The position numbers were made by a program, and so were the translations under genes. The notes under the pieces were generated by a model. That model did no database searches. It was not told the DNA's origin and was given only the letters and a program-made list of their open reading frames with translations. Source: Octopus vulgaris (Eukaryota). From it: a stretch of 64,000 nucleotides of DNA. Below, one piece after another: positions 52,514 through 64,000 of this stretch (its first letter is position 1; each line of letters opens with the position of its first letter). The stretch covers positions 109,430,001 to 109,494,000 of the forward strand of contig OX597818.1 of NCBI GenBank assembly GCA_951406725.2, read 5' to 3'.

Positions 52514-52614
52514 CTTGACGAATTAAATTCTTGTTAATCATATAATCTCTCTTCATAACTTTGATTGCATAGAGTTTTTCTGGGTTTTCTTTTTTACATC
52601 CAAGAAATACTTTC
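52514..52614 (-). CDS. MASTL: Internal exon of a Greatwall/MASTL-like Ser/Thr kinase (subdomains I-II)
   Basis: Acceptor ttttattttcctacag|G and donor CAAG|gtaag; 101 nt, phase 2 to phase 1. Translation (G)KVFLGCKKENPEKLYAIKVMKRDYMINKNLIRQ resembles Greatwall GKVYLG..KLYAVKVVKKADMINKNM..Q as recalled. Flanking exons were not found by eye. Confidence 0.85.
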
Positions 52615-53266
52615 CTGTAGGAAAATAAAAAAAAAATTATGCTAATCATGATTTACATATTTATATATATATGTGTGTGTGTATACAATATGTGAGTGTG
52701 TGTGTGTGTGTGCGCATGCATGCGTGCACACAAGGGGTATACCTAACTCCTAATTTCCATTACCTGTGTTGCAGGACAATGGGAGAGTCAAAATAAGTAT
52801 TGTCAAGTGTAAAATGTAGTAATATAGATGGTAAACATATGTTCAAGCCATAGGTCAGACAAATGATATATACACTTTGGTTCAAGTGGAAAGAGCAAAC
52901 TATGTGTGTGTCTATGTTTCCATGTGTGTGTGTGTGTGTACATGCACTGTATGTACATATACATATATATGCATGAATGTTTATATATTTGCGCATGTGA
53001 GTTACATGTATGTAGGTAGAGACCTGCTTGTATAGTTTTTCTCAGCTGACATTTTTCAAATCTGTCAACATTATTTCTCATCCCCCTTGCTTTGACCATC
53101 ACCCCACCCCCACACCAACTCACTTTTCAACCCCCTCCCTTACCTCTACTTCACCCTTTGCTCTTCTTCATTTCTTTCACTACTCCCTATCTATTTATCC
53201 ACCACCATTAGTAAACATTTCATCTCTCTCCCCACATCCACTGAATATTTTCTATATGAATATATA

Positions 53267-54542
53267 CAGGGTGCGGATGAATAAATTGTCATCTAAATTA
53301 CACAAAAATGAAAATAACACTCACATCTCATTTTAACATATATTCACCAAAATTACATAAAAATATCTTGAAATACTAAAGAGTAAATTTATTCAATAAA
53401 ATCGTCATTGGCTTCCAAACGTTCAGAATCTCCTGCAACTCTTCTGGACAGTCTCCTTGTTTAACTCGGTGAATATTGCCATAACCCTTGCCTTCAATTC
53501 ATCATATTTGGTGTAACAAGGAGTTTTGTCAGTCTCTTGCTCAACTGCGCCCCACACAAAATAATGAAGGTGGTGGCAGTCTGGGGAGTTAGGTGGTCAG
53601 ATGTTAGGGGTGATGTGGTTGCAGAAACTGTCTGACAGCCATGACTGGGTTCTCCTGCTTGTGTGGCATGGTGTGGAGTCTTGTTGCCAGACATAGGGTC
53701 TTCCAGCAGCTACCCTCCTGACCCAGGGCAACACTACCTCCTCCAGACACTTGATGTAGGCCTGCATGTTAAGTCTGAGGCTGTGGAAAGATGAATGGAG
53801 ACATAATGTCACCATCAATAGTGATCACTCCAAACACCATGATGTGGACTGGATGTTTGATTTTTATCACTCTTGGTACATGTTATGGGAACATGGCAAG
53901 CCAACAGTTGTTCTGTGTGTTCACCATTTGATCCTAGCAGAAAATTTTCTTGTCTGAAAAAACCCAAAGCATGTTCAGTTGGAGGGGATGCTTGAGTTTG
54001 TTGAAAAGCTTCATAACATGGGCTTTCCTCCTATCCTTGATGGCTTAGGATGAAAATTGTCTCTTTCTCATCTTGTATGAGGAATACTGAATGTCTTCAT
54101 GCACCTCTTCTGCCTGATAAGAAACTCAGACACTTCCATGGCCCTGGCCTGGCAATGGACCTGATTGACTTGGAGGGATCAGTGTCAATCATGGCTTGGA
54201 TCTCATCAACAAATTCAGGAGTTTTTTTCTTATCAGAATGATCAGAGTGAATTTTCCGAGCTGCTTTACCTTAGTAATCACCATTAGACTCATCCAATTC
54301 TTTCCAAATCTTCTGCACTGTCCTCAGATTGACACCCGAACACTCTGAAGCATTCATATTGGAGCTTCCGGCACAAATGCCAAGCAGTACAGCAGAGTGA
54401 ACTGCATCATGGTGCTGTTTTTTCTCACAGATGGTGCCCGACTAACCCTACTATACTGTGTAGTCAACGAAATCAAAAACAAATAATGCGCATGCGTGAA
54501 ATGAAAAATATAAAATGGCGACAATTTACCCATCACACCCTG
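53267..54542 (-). mobile_element. Full-length but decayed Tc1/mariner DD37D (maT-type) transposon
   Basis: TA|CAGGGTGCGGATGAATAAATTGTC ... GACAATTTACCCATCACACCCTG|TA; 1276 bp. Frameshifted transposase (RPYVWQQDSTPCHTSRRTQSWLSD). Confidence 0.92.
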
Positions 54543-57514
54543 TAGATATATATATATATATTAAGTATACATGTGAATGTGTATGTACGTATCTACAAAC
54601 ACATACACATGCATTGTGTGTGTGGGCATGTATGTGTAAGCCAACACTTTACACTTTGTAACAAGTTTTGCATTTCTAATCTTCAGGAAAAAATATGAAG
54701 TGTGGTACATGAAATCCATTGTTTCAAAGACATAGCAAGATGAGGACAAAACAACAGCTGTTGAATTAGTGCAGAAGAATAATTGTTAAAATAAAAACAA
54801 CAAAAGAGAAAGAAGTGAGACAGTAGTTATACAAAGTAAGAGAATAAAGAATAAAAAGTTGCAATGATTAAAGATAAGTTATTGGAAATATAAAAAGCAA
54901 AAGAATAAAAACAAATTATGAAAGGCAATAAGTTTGAGAATGGGATTCTACAGGTACATTCACTGGTTAACAGTCCTTACTAAACTGAGAGATAAATGGC
55001 AACTGACATGACTACAAAAAGTGGTCATGAAATGGTATTATGGACACCATAAGTACACAAATGTACTTACATATACCTGCACACACACACACACACGTAC
55101 ATATCTATAAAAAGGTGTATAGATGTATAGAGATAAATAACGTGAATAGAGGTGACAGATAAAAACAGAAAAATGAAAAAAAGCACTACTTTAGCAGAAG
55201 GTCATCCGTAATTGCCGGGATAAAAAAATTGCCAAGATGACAACATTAAAGTAAATACAAATCCTCAACTGTGGGATTATGGCCTTACAAGATTCTGTTA
55301 TAGAGATGCGAAAATATAATGATTACAAAAACATTAAAATATCAATGTGGAAATAATGTGTGCATGTGCATGTATGTGAGTGCATGCGAGCATGAGAAAA
55401 AAGTCTTGCTTAGATCTGCATGAAAATATGTGGTATGATTGAAAATGCATATAGGCTCATAAAAATACATGCAAGTTCGTGAAAAATTATTATCCCAGAA
55501 TGCTATAACATACAAAGTAGACATGAAGAATTGGGTGGGGAGGATAATGATATGAAAGCACTGACAAAATGATGACAGCAAAGGTACAAAGGGAAGAGTC
55601 AAGGTACTATAGAAGCAAGGCGGAGTAAAACAGGGCGGGATTGTGAAGAAAAGAGAGTGAAAGAGATATTACTGGTGAAGCAATACAGCTCCATGGAATA
55701 TATTTTTGGAACTTTGTCATTCATGTTCACTGGCATTAAAGATCCAACAGAGCATACACGCCACATTTCATTCTCATTTTTACATTCTTCTGCATTCAAT
55801 GCCCATGCACTTCTTTGACGATGGAAGACCAACTACTGAAACTGCTAAGAAACACAGACTCATATCATAGAAAGCCCACGTTCAAATAACATTTTGAGCC
55901 AGTGAAGATAGATTCAACTTTATAAAAATACCCAATTTCACAAAATCTGTGACAAATTCCAATGCCACATAGAAAGCTGCCTAAATTTCTAGGTCATTGC
56001 TGAGAAAATGCACCCCTCTGATAAGACTAACAACTTCTACAGGGTAGATAAAACTACATGTAATAGATTACTATCCAACATCATTACTAGAATGTATAAT
56101 TTCCATTTTTCTAAACTTAAAAGCTAAAGATATTATAACTGAACTCAGGATGTATTCAAGTACGACTCGTATCAAGAAAACACCAGTACACCACAATAAG
56201 ACAACATTTCAAAGTGCTTCACATTATTATAACAAGGTACTTGACTGCAATGAATTTTCAGAAAGAGTAAAGAATACTACTAAACTTTGCTTCTCAGCAT
56301 AAAACGAAAAAATTTCTGTTTTACAACACAATCTTCAGCTGGAATGTCTGATGCAAACAGCCCAAGAAGTTCCTAGAGTCAATGTCTTTTCATTTTACAA
56401 AAAGTTATACTACAAGATTTTCAATAGAAATTACGTCAAAATATCATATTCTTGTGAGAATTCCACCAACTTCATCAGATTACTCACTTCTAAATAATTG
56501 TTCAATGATAACATTTCCATCCTTGCATGTAACTACAAGTATCCATCTAATTTTGCAATTTGTAGGAAGGATTTACCAAACACAAATACAATAAATTTTT
56601 CTAATGCTGAGAATATTTACACATTCCATTGTAAAGAATATTAGAGGAACATTCCCTTCAAATTTTCCATTAAATCTAAATAGAATAGACCTAATAATGT
56701 AGTTTGGAACAGAAATAAAACTCTGTGTTGGTGAAGTGATCAGCTGCCCTGTTCATGTGAGTATTTCATTGAAATTTAATGAAAAAGAGACATTTATGGC
56801 TGACTGCTTTGAAACCTATTGCTTACTACCCAGACTTCATTTTATTTTTACTCATTATTGGTGTACTTGGTTTTGTTACAAAGTGTAATAATTTTTTGAA
56901 AGCAAAAGAGACCTGTTTTCTGCTAATTCTATCTATAAATGGATCAACCCATGTCAGTGTGGAAAAGTAGTTGTAAAATAAACGATTGAATGAATGATAA
57001 TATCAGCACTTAATAAATTAATGTTAATTATTTACATTTACTTCACAATTCAGGCTATATTTGAATAAAAGAAGAATGTATCTGTTTTTGAATACATATA
57101 TATTTATATATCAATGTAAAAGATATTGATGAAACATGCCCATCAAAACTTAACATAATAGGCCTGATGTGGCTGTTACTTACAAATACACACACATATA
57201 ACTATGCATATACATACATTTCTATCCTATTTCACACAAAGAACATTATAAATACTAAACCATTGATAAAAATATATCATAGAAAGGTACTGTGAACAAA
57301 GATAGAGTGACTCCAGAATATTACATCATACCTGGAACTCTTCTCTAACAACAAGTTAGAATTCCCCTCTTGCAAGACAATATCTCACAATACATTTGCA
57401 GAACCAGTGCTAATACATTTGGGATACTTGAGTGGTCTATAAATGAAATCCCAGAAAGATACTGTCATTAGCTGGAAGCTTTCACTGTAACAATGATATG
57501 AACAGGTTTTTATC

Positions 57515-58212
57515 TAAGACATTTGCGCTGGTGTGGTCATGTAGTACAGATGGATGAGGAGAGCTGTGTGAAGAAGTGCCACTCCCAAACAGTTGAAGGA
57601 ATCTGGGGTAGAGGTAGACTCATGAAGACATGGGATGAGGTGGTGAAGCATAATCTTGGAATATTGGGCTTCACAGAGGCAATGACGAAAGACCAAGACC
57701 TCTGGAGATATGCTGTGACTGCAAAGACCTGGCAAATAAAGTGAGTTCGCAGCTATAACCTACACCAGTGTTGCATAACCAGCCCCGGTCCATTCAAAAG
57801 TACCTTGGATCGTAGGGCGACATGCTGTGCTAGGGCACCATACCATGCTTTAGGAGACCTATTGAGTCAAGCACATCAAAATCAAATGGAAATTGTAGTT
57901 GTGATCCCCATGCCAGTGGCACGTAAAAGGCACCATCCAAACGTGGCTGATGTCAGCGCCACCATGACAGGCTTCTGTGCCAGTGGCACGTAAAAAGCAC
58001 CAACCGATCGTGGTCGATGCTAGCCTCCTCTGGCCCATGCCAGTGGCATGTAAAAAGCACCCACTACACTCTCGGAGGAAGGGCATCCAGCCGTAGAAAT
58101 ACTGCCAGATCAGACTGGAACCTGGTGCAGCCTCCTGGCTTCCCAGACCCCAGTCGAACCTTCCAACCCATGCCAGCATAGAAAGCGGACGTTACACGAT
58201 GATGATGATGAA
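57515..58212 (+). mobile_element. RTE LINE 3' end (ORF C-terminus, UTR, (GAT)n tail)
   Basis: LRWCGHVVQMDEESCVKKC...GRGRLMKTWDEVVKHNL...WR is the RTE C-terminal signature. It is contiguous with the UTR found as about 15 truncated copies in the window. Confidence 0.9.
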
Positions 58213-59250
58213 AAGATGAAGGCAGGAGAGGTTTAAGATCAGTGCAAACAGTCTCCTACAGTCATATAGTATCTCAAAGACACTACCTGCTAAACAACTG
58301 TAGCAAAAATACATAAGCCAAATGTTGAAATGTGAAAAGAACAACAGTCTAGAAGTTGACAGTAAGCTCCTGAAGATGTATTCTCTTCCAGATGACATCC
58401 CATAGAACTCTAAAATAGCTGAACATACCCCAAGAAAGACCTAGATGTAAAATGCTCATCATACCAGAAAAACAGCTGTGCATGGCTGTGTTTCGTGTAA
58501 AGTTCAAGATACTACTAATATCGACATGAAGCATAGCCTTTCTTGGGATCATGACAACTACATAACATTACATTTTGAAAGCTATGCCTTTGTAACTTAA
58601 GAGCAGGAAAATGATACAAAATACCTAATGAACAAAAGAGACAGTGAAGTACTTGGAGTCCCAAGATGCAACCAAAAATGTCAGTTATCAAACATTTCTG
58701 TGAAAGACATCACACATGTAATCAGCAACTGCCCAAAAATGCCATCCAATGTACTACCTCCTTATGTTGCTATTGCTAAAACAATATACAATGCCATCTG
58801 AAAAAAAAAAGACTGTCCTGGGATAAATATAACAAAATCTCCAATATTGCATACATACATAAATATCAACACAAAGAATATTGGTGGAACAATCCCGTCA
58901 AAATTTCTGTCAAGTGCAAACATAGCAGACCAGATATAGTTGCCTGGGACAGACAAGAGAAAAATATGTACTGCCATCAAAATCAGCTGCCATCCTGATG
59001 TGAACATCTCTTCAAAAATGAAAGAGAAAGAGGATAAAGTATAAACTGCTGCTTCAAAATCTTTAGCTTCTATATCAAGATTATAAATTCATATTTGCAC
59101 TAATAATTTGTTCACTTGGTTATGTTAGGAAATGCCCAAGTGACAATGGGGGAAAGCTAGAGTTTTCAAATAAAGAAATCAACCAGTGAACACTCACACA
59201 ACAAATAAAATTTGTAAGTGGAACAGTAAAAATATGCAAGACACTTCTCA
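58213..59250 (+). pseudogene. R4/Dong-type LINE remnant with zinc knuckle and restriction-like endonuclease
   Basis: By eye: KDEGRRGLRSVQ; ESYAFVT*EQENDTKYLMNKR...KCQLSNISVKDITHVISNCPKM; EYWWNNPVK..KCKHSRPDIVAWDRQEK/CTAIKISCHPDVNISSKMKEKEDK. Confidence 0.82.
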
Positions 59251-59613
59251 AGTTCAACATTTGACTTTGTTTTTGTGATCTATATTCCAACAATGAAGCT
59301 TTGTAACATTGTTAGAAACCAGCTCCTTCCTCTTACAGAAAGAATTCAAATAATTAAAAATAGCAGAGAATATATATACCTAAGCACATGTCTATATACA
59401 TAGATGTGTGTATACACACACACATACACACACACGCACACACACACACACATAAATACAAAAAGATATAATGCTGAATGAAGTAGCAAAAAAAGATAAT
59501 GATTCCGATTTAGGAGAAAAGTCCTTTTATGTCATTAAAAGCTATCAATTTTGAAACAGATATCAAATATCAGATATAAATTGAATTTTCACTACTTTGA
59601 ATTCTAATCAGCA

Positions 59614-59885
59614 GTGGTGGTATTAATGGTTGTACTGATGGTGGTGGAGATGGTGATGCCAGTCATGGTGGCAGTGGTGCTGCTGGTTTTGACTGGTATG
59701 GTGATAGTAAATGAAAGTAGTAGTGATGGTGGTGGTAAACGGAGTAGAGCTGGCTATGACTGGAGTGGTAGTAACAACTGGACTGGTGATGGCAGTAGTT
59801 GTGCTGTTAGTCACGTTAGTTTCAATGTTGTGTTGGCAATGATGGTAAACACACTGGTAATAACAGCAATGGTAGCTGGCTAGAA
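59614..59885. repeat. Degenerate (GGT/GAT/AGT)n trinucleotide tract
   Basis: Directly visible. Confidence 0.75.
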
Positions 59886-60899
59886 GAAGATGTTGGAGCT
59901 TGTAGTATTGATGAGGAATGGGGTGCTGGGCACTGCAGTACATCAGATTTAGTAGGCCAAAATTCTACTTTTGATATACTTTTAATTAAATTAAATTAAT
60001 GGCAAATGAATTATTTCACTATCAGTAGCTAATGTGTTCATTAAATGAAATAAAAATGCTCTGATCTACAACTTTTGCAAATAAAACAGATAGAAACAGC
60101 GATATCCCAAGAGAAAATTAAGCAATAATAATACACAGAAAGATGAATAATGGTTCATCATTATAAGTAACCACAAATCTTTCTATAAAAGTTTCTCTCT
60201 CTCTCACTCACACACACGCACACAACGCACACACATACACATATGTATTTACTCACACACATGTACAAACAGGTCCTGCTAACCATGCAACTATTGAAAA
60301 ATACTTTAGTATTTTATAGATTCAACCCAGTACTAACTATCTTTTACCAACATCTGGCTAATAGAATTTTTGAAGAAACTTAATCACTCATCAATTTTAA
60401 GAAGCTGTCTAGTTTACATTAATGCATCCTGTATTAAATTTTGTAGATGCAATTAATGAACGCAGCTCAAAGATTTCAAGTCCAAATCATGCAACCATAA
60501 AATGTATGTTATTAGACGTTAGATGGACTTAATCAATGAAGGCACTAAATTCCAGTGCTAAGAAAACCAGTTCAATTGAAAATGGTTTAAAAACTATGAT
60601 GTCATTTGTCAATTTTAGATGGACTTTCTAAAATGAAGAGCACATAAAATGAATAAGAAACTTCCGACAGACCATAACTTGTGTTAGAACACAGAGCCTA
60701 ATGAGGAATTTATATTTATTGCAATCCGTTTATATTCATTTCTGTGAAAGATAAAGCAGGTATAATTAATGTTTTCTTCAAAGTCACAACTTAGATCAAT
60801 GTCTGAGACCAGATGCAAGCATTTTGTGAACTGAGTAACTAAAAGTGTATCATTTCAGTCAATCCCCTTCAGCTTAGCTAAGTATCCAGTGTTGGTCAT

Positions 60900-61252
60900 T
60901 CTTTTACTTGTTTCAGTCATTGGACTGCAGCCAAGCTGGGGCACTGCCTTGATGAGTTTTTAGTCAAACAATTCACATCCAGTACTTATTTATTCTATCA
61001 GTCTTTTTTTTTGTTGAACCACTAAGTTACAGAGATATAAACAAACCACTGCAGGCTGTCTAGCATTGATAGAGTGAAGGTCAAACACACACACACACTC
61101 ACAAGTTTCTTTCAATTTCCATCTACTAACTCACAAGGCTTTAGCCAGCCCAAGTCTATGGCAGAAAACACCCAAAGTGCCACACAGTGAGACTGAACCC
61201 AGAACCATGTGGTTGAGAAGCTAACTTCTTACCACACTCCCATGCCAGCACC
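60900..61252 (-). mobile_element. tRNA-derived SINE (family A)
   Basis: cttttacttgtttcagtcattggactgcagcc...actgaacccagaaccatgtggttg. Confidence 0.82.
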
Positions 61253-62724
61253 TTTTGAGGCTACACTGCATATAATCAATCTTTCCTTGATAATGTAGGG
61301 AAATATTAACTTGAAATTAATAAAAGCACAAAAAAATCTTTGAAAACTTTTGGTATTTCAAGTTTAGCTTTTATGAATACAGTATACTATAATACCATTA
61401 TTGTACACTGTGATAAGAAACAAGTATTGAAAACAGCTATCTCGTAATAATAATCAGAATGGTCAAAAGGAATATCTACCAGCACTTTCGCTTTCAAATA
61501 ATTACAGTTATGCTTTGTGAAAGAAAATGGAAAAAACAGTAATTCTATGGTTTACAATGAAGATAACTAAATTAAACTGAATCACTATTCACTGAAACTG
61601 ACACAAAATGAGCAGGTTTTTATACTGGAAAAAAATAATGACACTAGATAAAATATAGAATTTAAAACAAAGACTTAACTGTAGAAAAAAGAAAACAAAA
61701 TGATTTTAGAAATATACGCTCTAAGCATGATGAAAACAAGAGACCTAGATATAATGATACAAAGTGAATTTGAAAATATCTGAATTACTTGAAGACGAAT
61801 GAATATGTAGCTTATGAAAGATTTAGAATACAGAACAAAGTTAGCATGATCAAAATTTAAAGAAAGGATAATTTTAAAAATTAAAAAAATATACTGCTAT
61901 ATTATCACTTGCGTTTACAATTCACAAAAGATTTTTAGATATGAGGATTAGTCCATGCAAAACAAAAGTCATTTTTATCATGTACATCCTTTTGCTAAAT
62001 ATGGCTTACTGCAATTTCCTTCCATCACTTGTGTCACAATGTAGATATTGAAAAAAAAGTTTTAATAAGTAGAACAGAAGACAAGAACACTGTTTCCATC
62101 GAAGAAATGGCAGTGTTCAATATGCAGAAAAGAAATAGACAAGAAATCCAGCAGTGTGCACAAGGTGAATACAGAGTGCACCAGATGTGCAAATACATAC
62201 ACATATATACATGCACGCATGCACACACACACACACTCATATAGATCTAGATATAAATATTAGAAAAGGCATAAATAATGGGATTTGCATATTCATTTTG
62301 TGCATCATAGACTTACAGCTGTTTCTAATATGCATTTTAGGTGCATACACAGTTCTGTTTACTCAAATCTGGAACCACCAGGTTCCTCTCAACCTGTGTA
62401 ATGTAACTTCTCAACAATTGTTACAATCCTTTTTTAATGATAATTCTTTTCATGTCCTTTTTACAATCCTCTCTCTCCTTTTGAAATAACCCTTTCTAAT
62501 TTTTCTCTGCCACAGGCTCCTCTCTACTTCCTTTAAATAATTTTTTTTGACAATGCTTTTTTAATCTTCTCTACCTTTTGACATAATCCTTCCTATTTTA
62601 CATACTCTTCCACACTCAACTGCTTTTTCTTTTGGATATTATACCTAATCTCTTTATTTTTTCCCCCATTTTCTTATCAACCTTGTAACTTTTCATCTGA
62701 CCTTGCACCCAATTTAATTTAAAT

Positions 62725-62915
62725 ACCGGTGCCACATAAACACACCTGTACTGGTGCTGCATAAGAGCATCCAGTACAAGCTGTAAAGCGGCTGGCATCA
62801 GGAAGAGCATCCAGTCATAGAAATCATGCCAAAACAGACATAGAGCCTAGGTAGCTGGCCAGCTCATGTCAAACCATCCAACCCATGCCAGCATGGAAAG
62901 TGAATGATGATGATG
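62725..62915 (+). mobile_element. RTE LINE 3' UTR fragment
   Basis: Family terminus plus (GAT)n. Confidence 0.8.
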
Positions 62916-63499
62916 TTTCTACACCATTTTCTTCAGTTTTCACCCCAATTTTTTTCCATGTCTCCCTATCATTTATACCACATTCATATCCTGCTCTTGT
63001 GCAACTTCCCTCACCTCTAGCTAAGCAACTGCACTCCACACTATTAATGCAGCTCCCCTTACAGATACCCTGGTATACATGCACAAAACACCCAACAACT
63101 TCCTCACTCTTCCCCAAAGAACCACATTCCCACCTTGCTCTTAAAACTTTTTTTCCTTCTTCTCTCCTTTCCACCACCTTTCCCCTTTTCATCTTTCTGA
63201 TGAATGACTATTGTCCAAAACATCAAAAACCCTTTCTCTTTCCTTTCAAGCATCAGACTGATAACCTAATAATACGTTTATGAAAACTGGTCCCTTTAGT
63301 TGGGTTTTTCTTCTTTTTACTCATTTATCATATATACATATGTCTGTGGTGGGGGTCAGTAGATAGGTAGGTCATTAGGTAGTCAGATACATATACATAC
63401 ATCTATACATATATTCATACATATTAACATTTGTTTTTATGTCCATTTACAAAAAAAACAATTTCACATTAATTTCATGGGTTACTCTATACTTTTGTA

Positions 63500-64000
63500 G
63501 AATACAAATTTATTATTCTTAAACAAGAATGTTGTTGACAGTAACTTCAAAGTTTCGGCTAGCTAAGCCATTGTTGGACTGTGATGCATTAGAGTTAATT
63601 TTGCTTTTATATATAGTCTCTGTTGAGTCAAAATCTTCTTTGGCTGTGTGGGTTTGAATGGGGTAGTAATTAGGTTTTTATTGTTGGTTGCATGGAGGGG
63701 TGTTTTGGAGAAATTTTAAGAGATTAAATTTTGGGTTATGTTATTGTTTAGATTTCATTTCTGGATTTGGTTTGCAAGATTCTTTATATGAGTTCATGTG
63801 TTGAAGCATATTCTGTTGTGTCTGGGGAGAGTCGTTTTCTTTTTGTGCCTTATAATGTAACACACTCACTGGTAAAATTTCCACTTTTTTCTTATTTTTA
63901 TTTTCCTAATATTTTCGTTGCATCTTGCAACTTTTAATGGACAGAGTCAAGACTATCGAAAAGGTTGCAAGACGCAACGAAAATTTTAGGAAAATAAAAA
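63500..64000 (-). mobile_element. Penelope-like terminal region: fold-back (centre about 63945) plus decayed hammerhead at 63538-63582
   Basis: 63750-64000 matches 11446-11750. On the minus strand the sequence continues into ACAGT-CCAACAA-T-GGCT-tagct-AGCC-GAAA-CTT-tg-AAG-TT-ACTGT. Confidence 0.65.

Noticed and set aside
55599-55832. 77-aa minus-strand ORF as a host exon
   Set aside because: In-frame stop right after the nearest acceptor, no recognisable motif, no clear donor.
57905-58075. CRISPR-like repeat-spacer pattern
   Set aside because: The linkers are homologous to each other and recur in other LINE copies, so they are diverged tandem units.

Overview
AT-rich, repeat-dense animal genomic DNA. 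The SINE/LINE repertoire and (TA)n/(CA)n load look like octopus; this is recalled similarity, not a search result. There is a 100-N gap at 23791-23890. The only long intact ORF is the 3' part of a Helitron Rep/PIF1 helicase (3-2417). One convincing host exon lies on the minus strand at 52514-52614 (Greatwall/MASTL-like kinase, subdomains I-II), so much of the window may be intron. The rest is transposon debris: an internally deleted Helitron, two DD37D (maT) mariner-like copies, a piggyBac-type MITE, R4/Dong, RTE and CR1-like LINE fragments, many tRNA-derived SINEs, and microsatellites. The most notable signal is a set of minimal type-I hammerhead ribozyme motifs of the Penelope type. Several sit in fold-back insertions, one of which fuses a tRNA-like Pol III head to a hammerhead (33508-33936). 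Another has an intact core and an 85-nt stem II (23231-23350). All structures were read by eye; no alignment or folding program was run.
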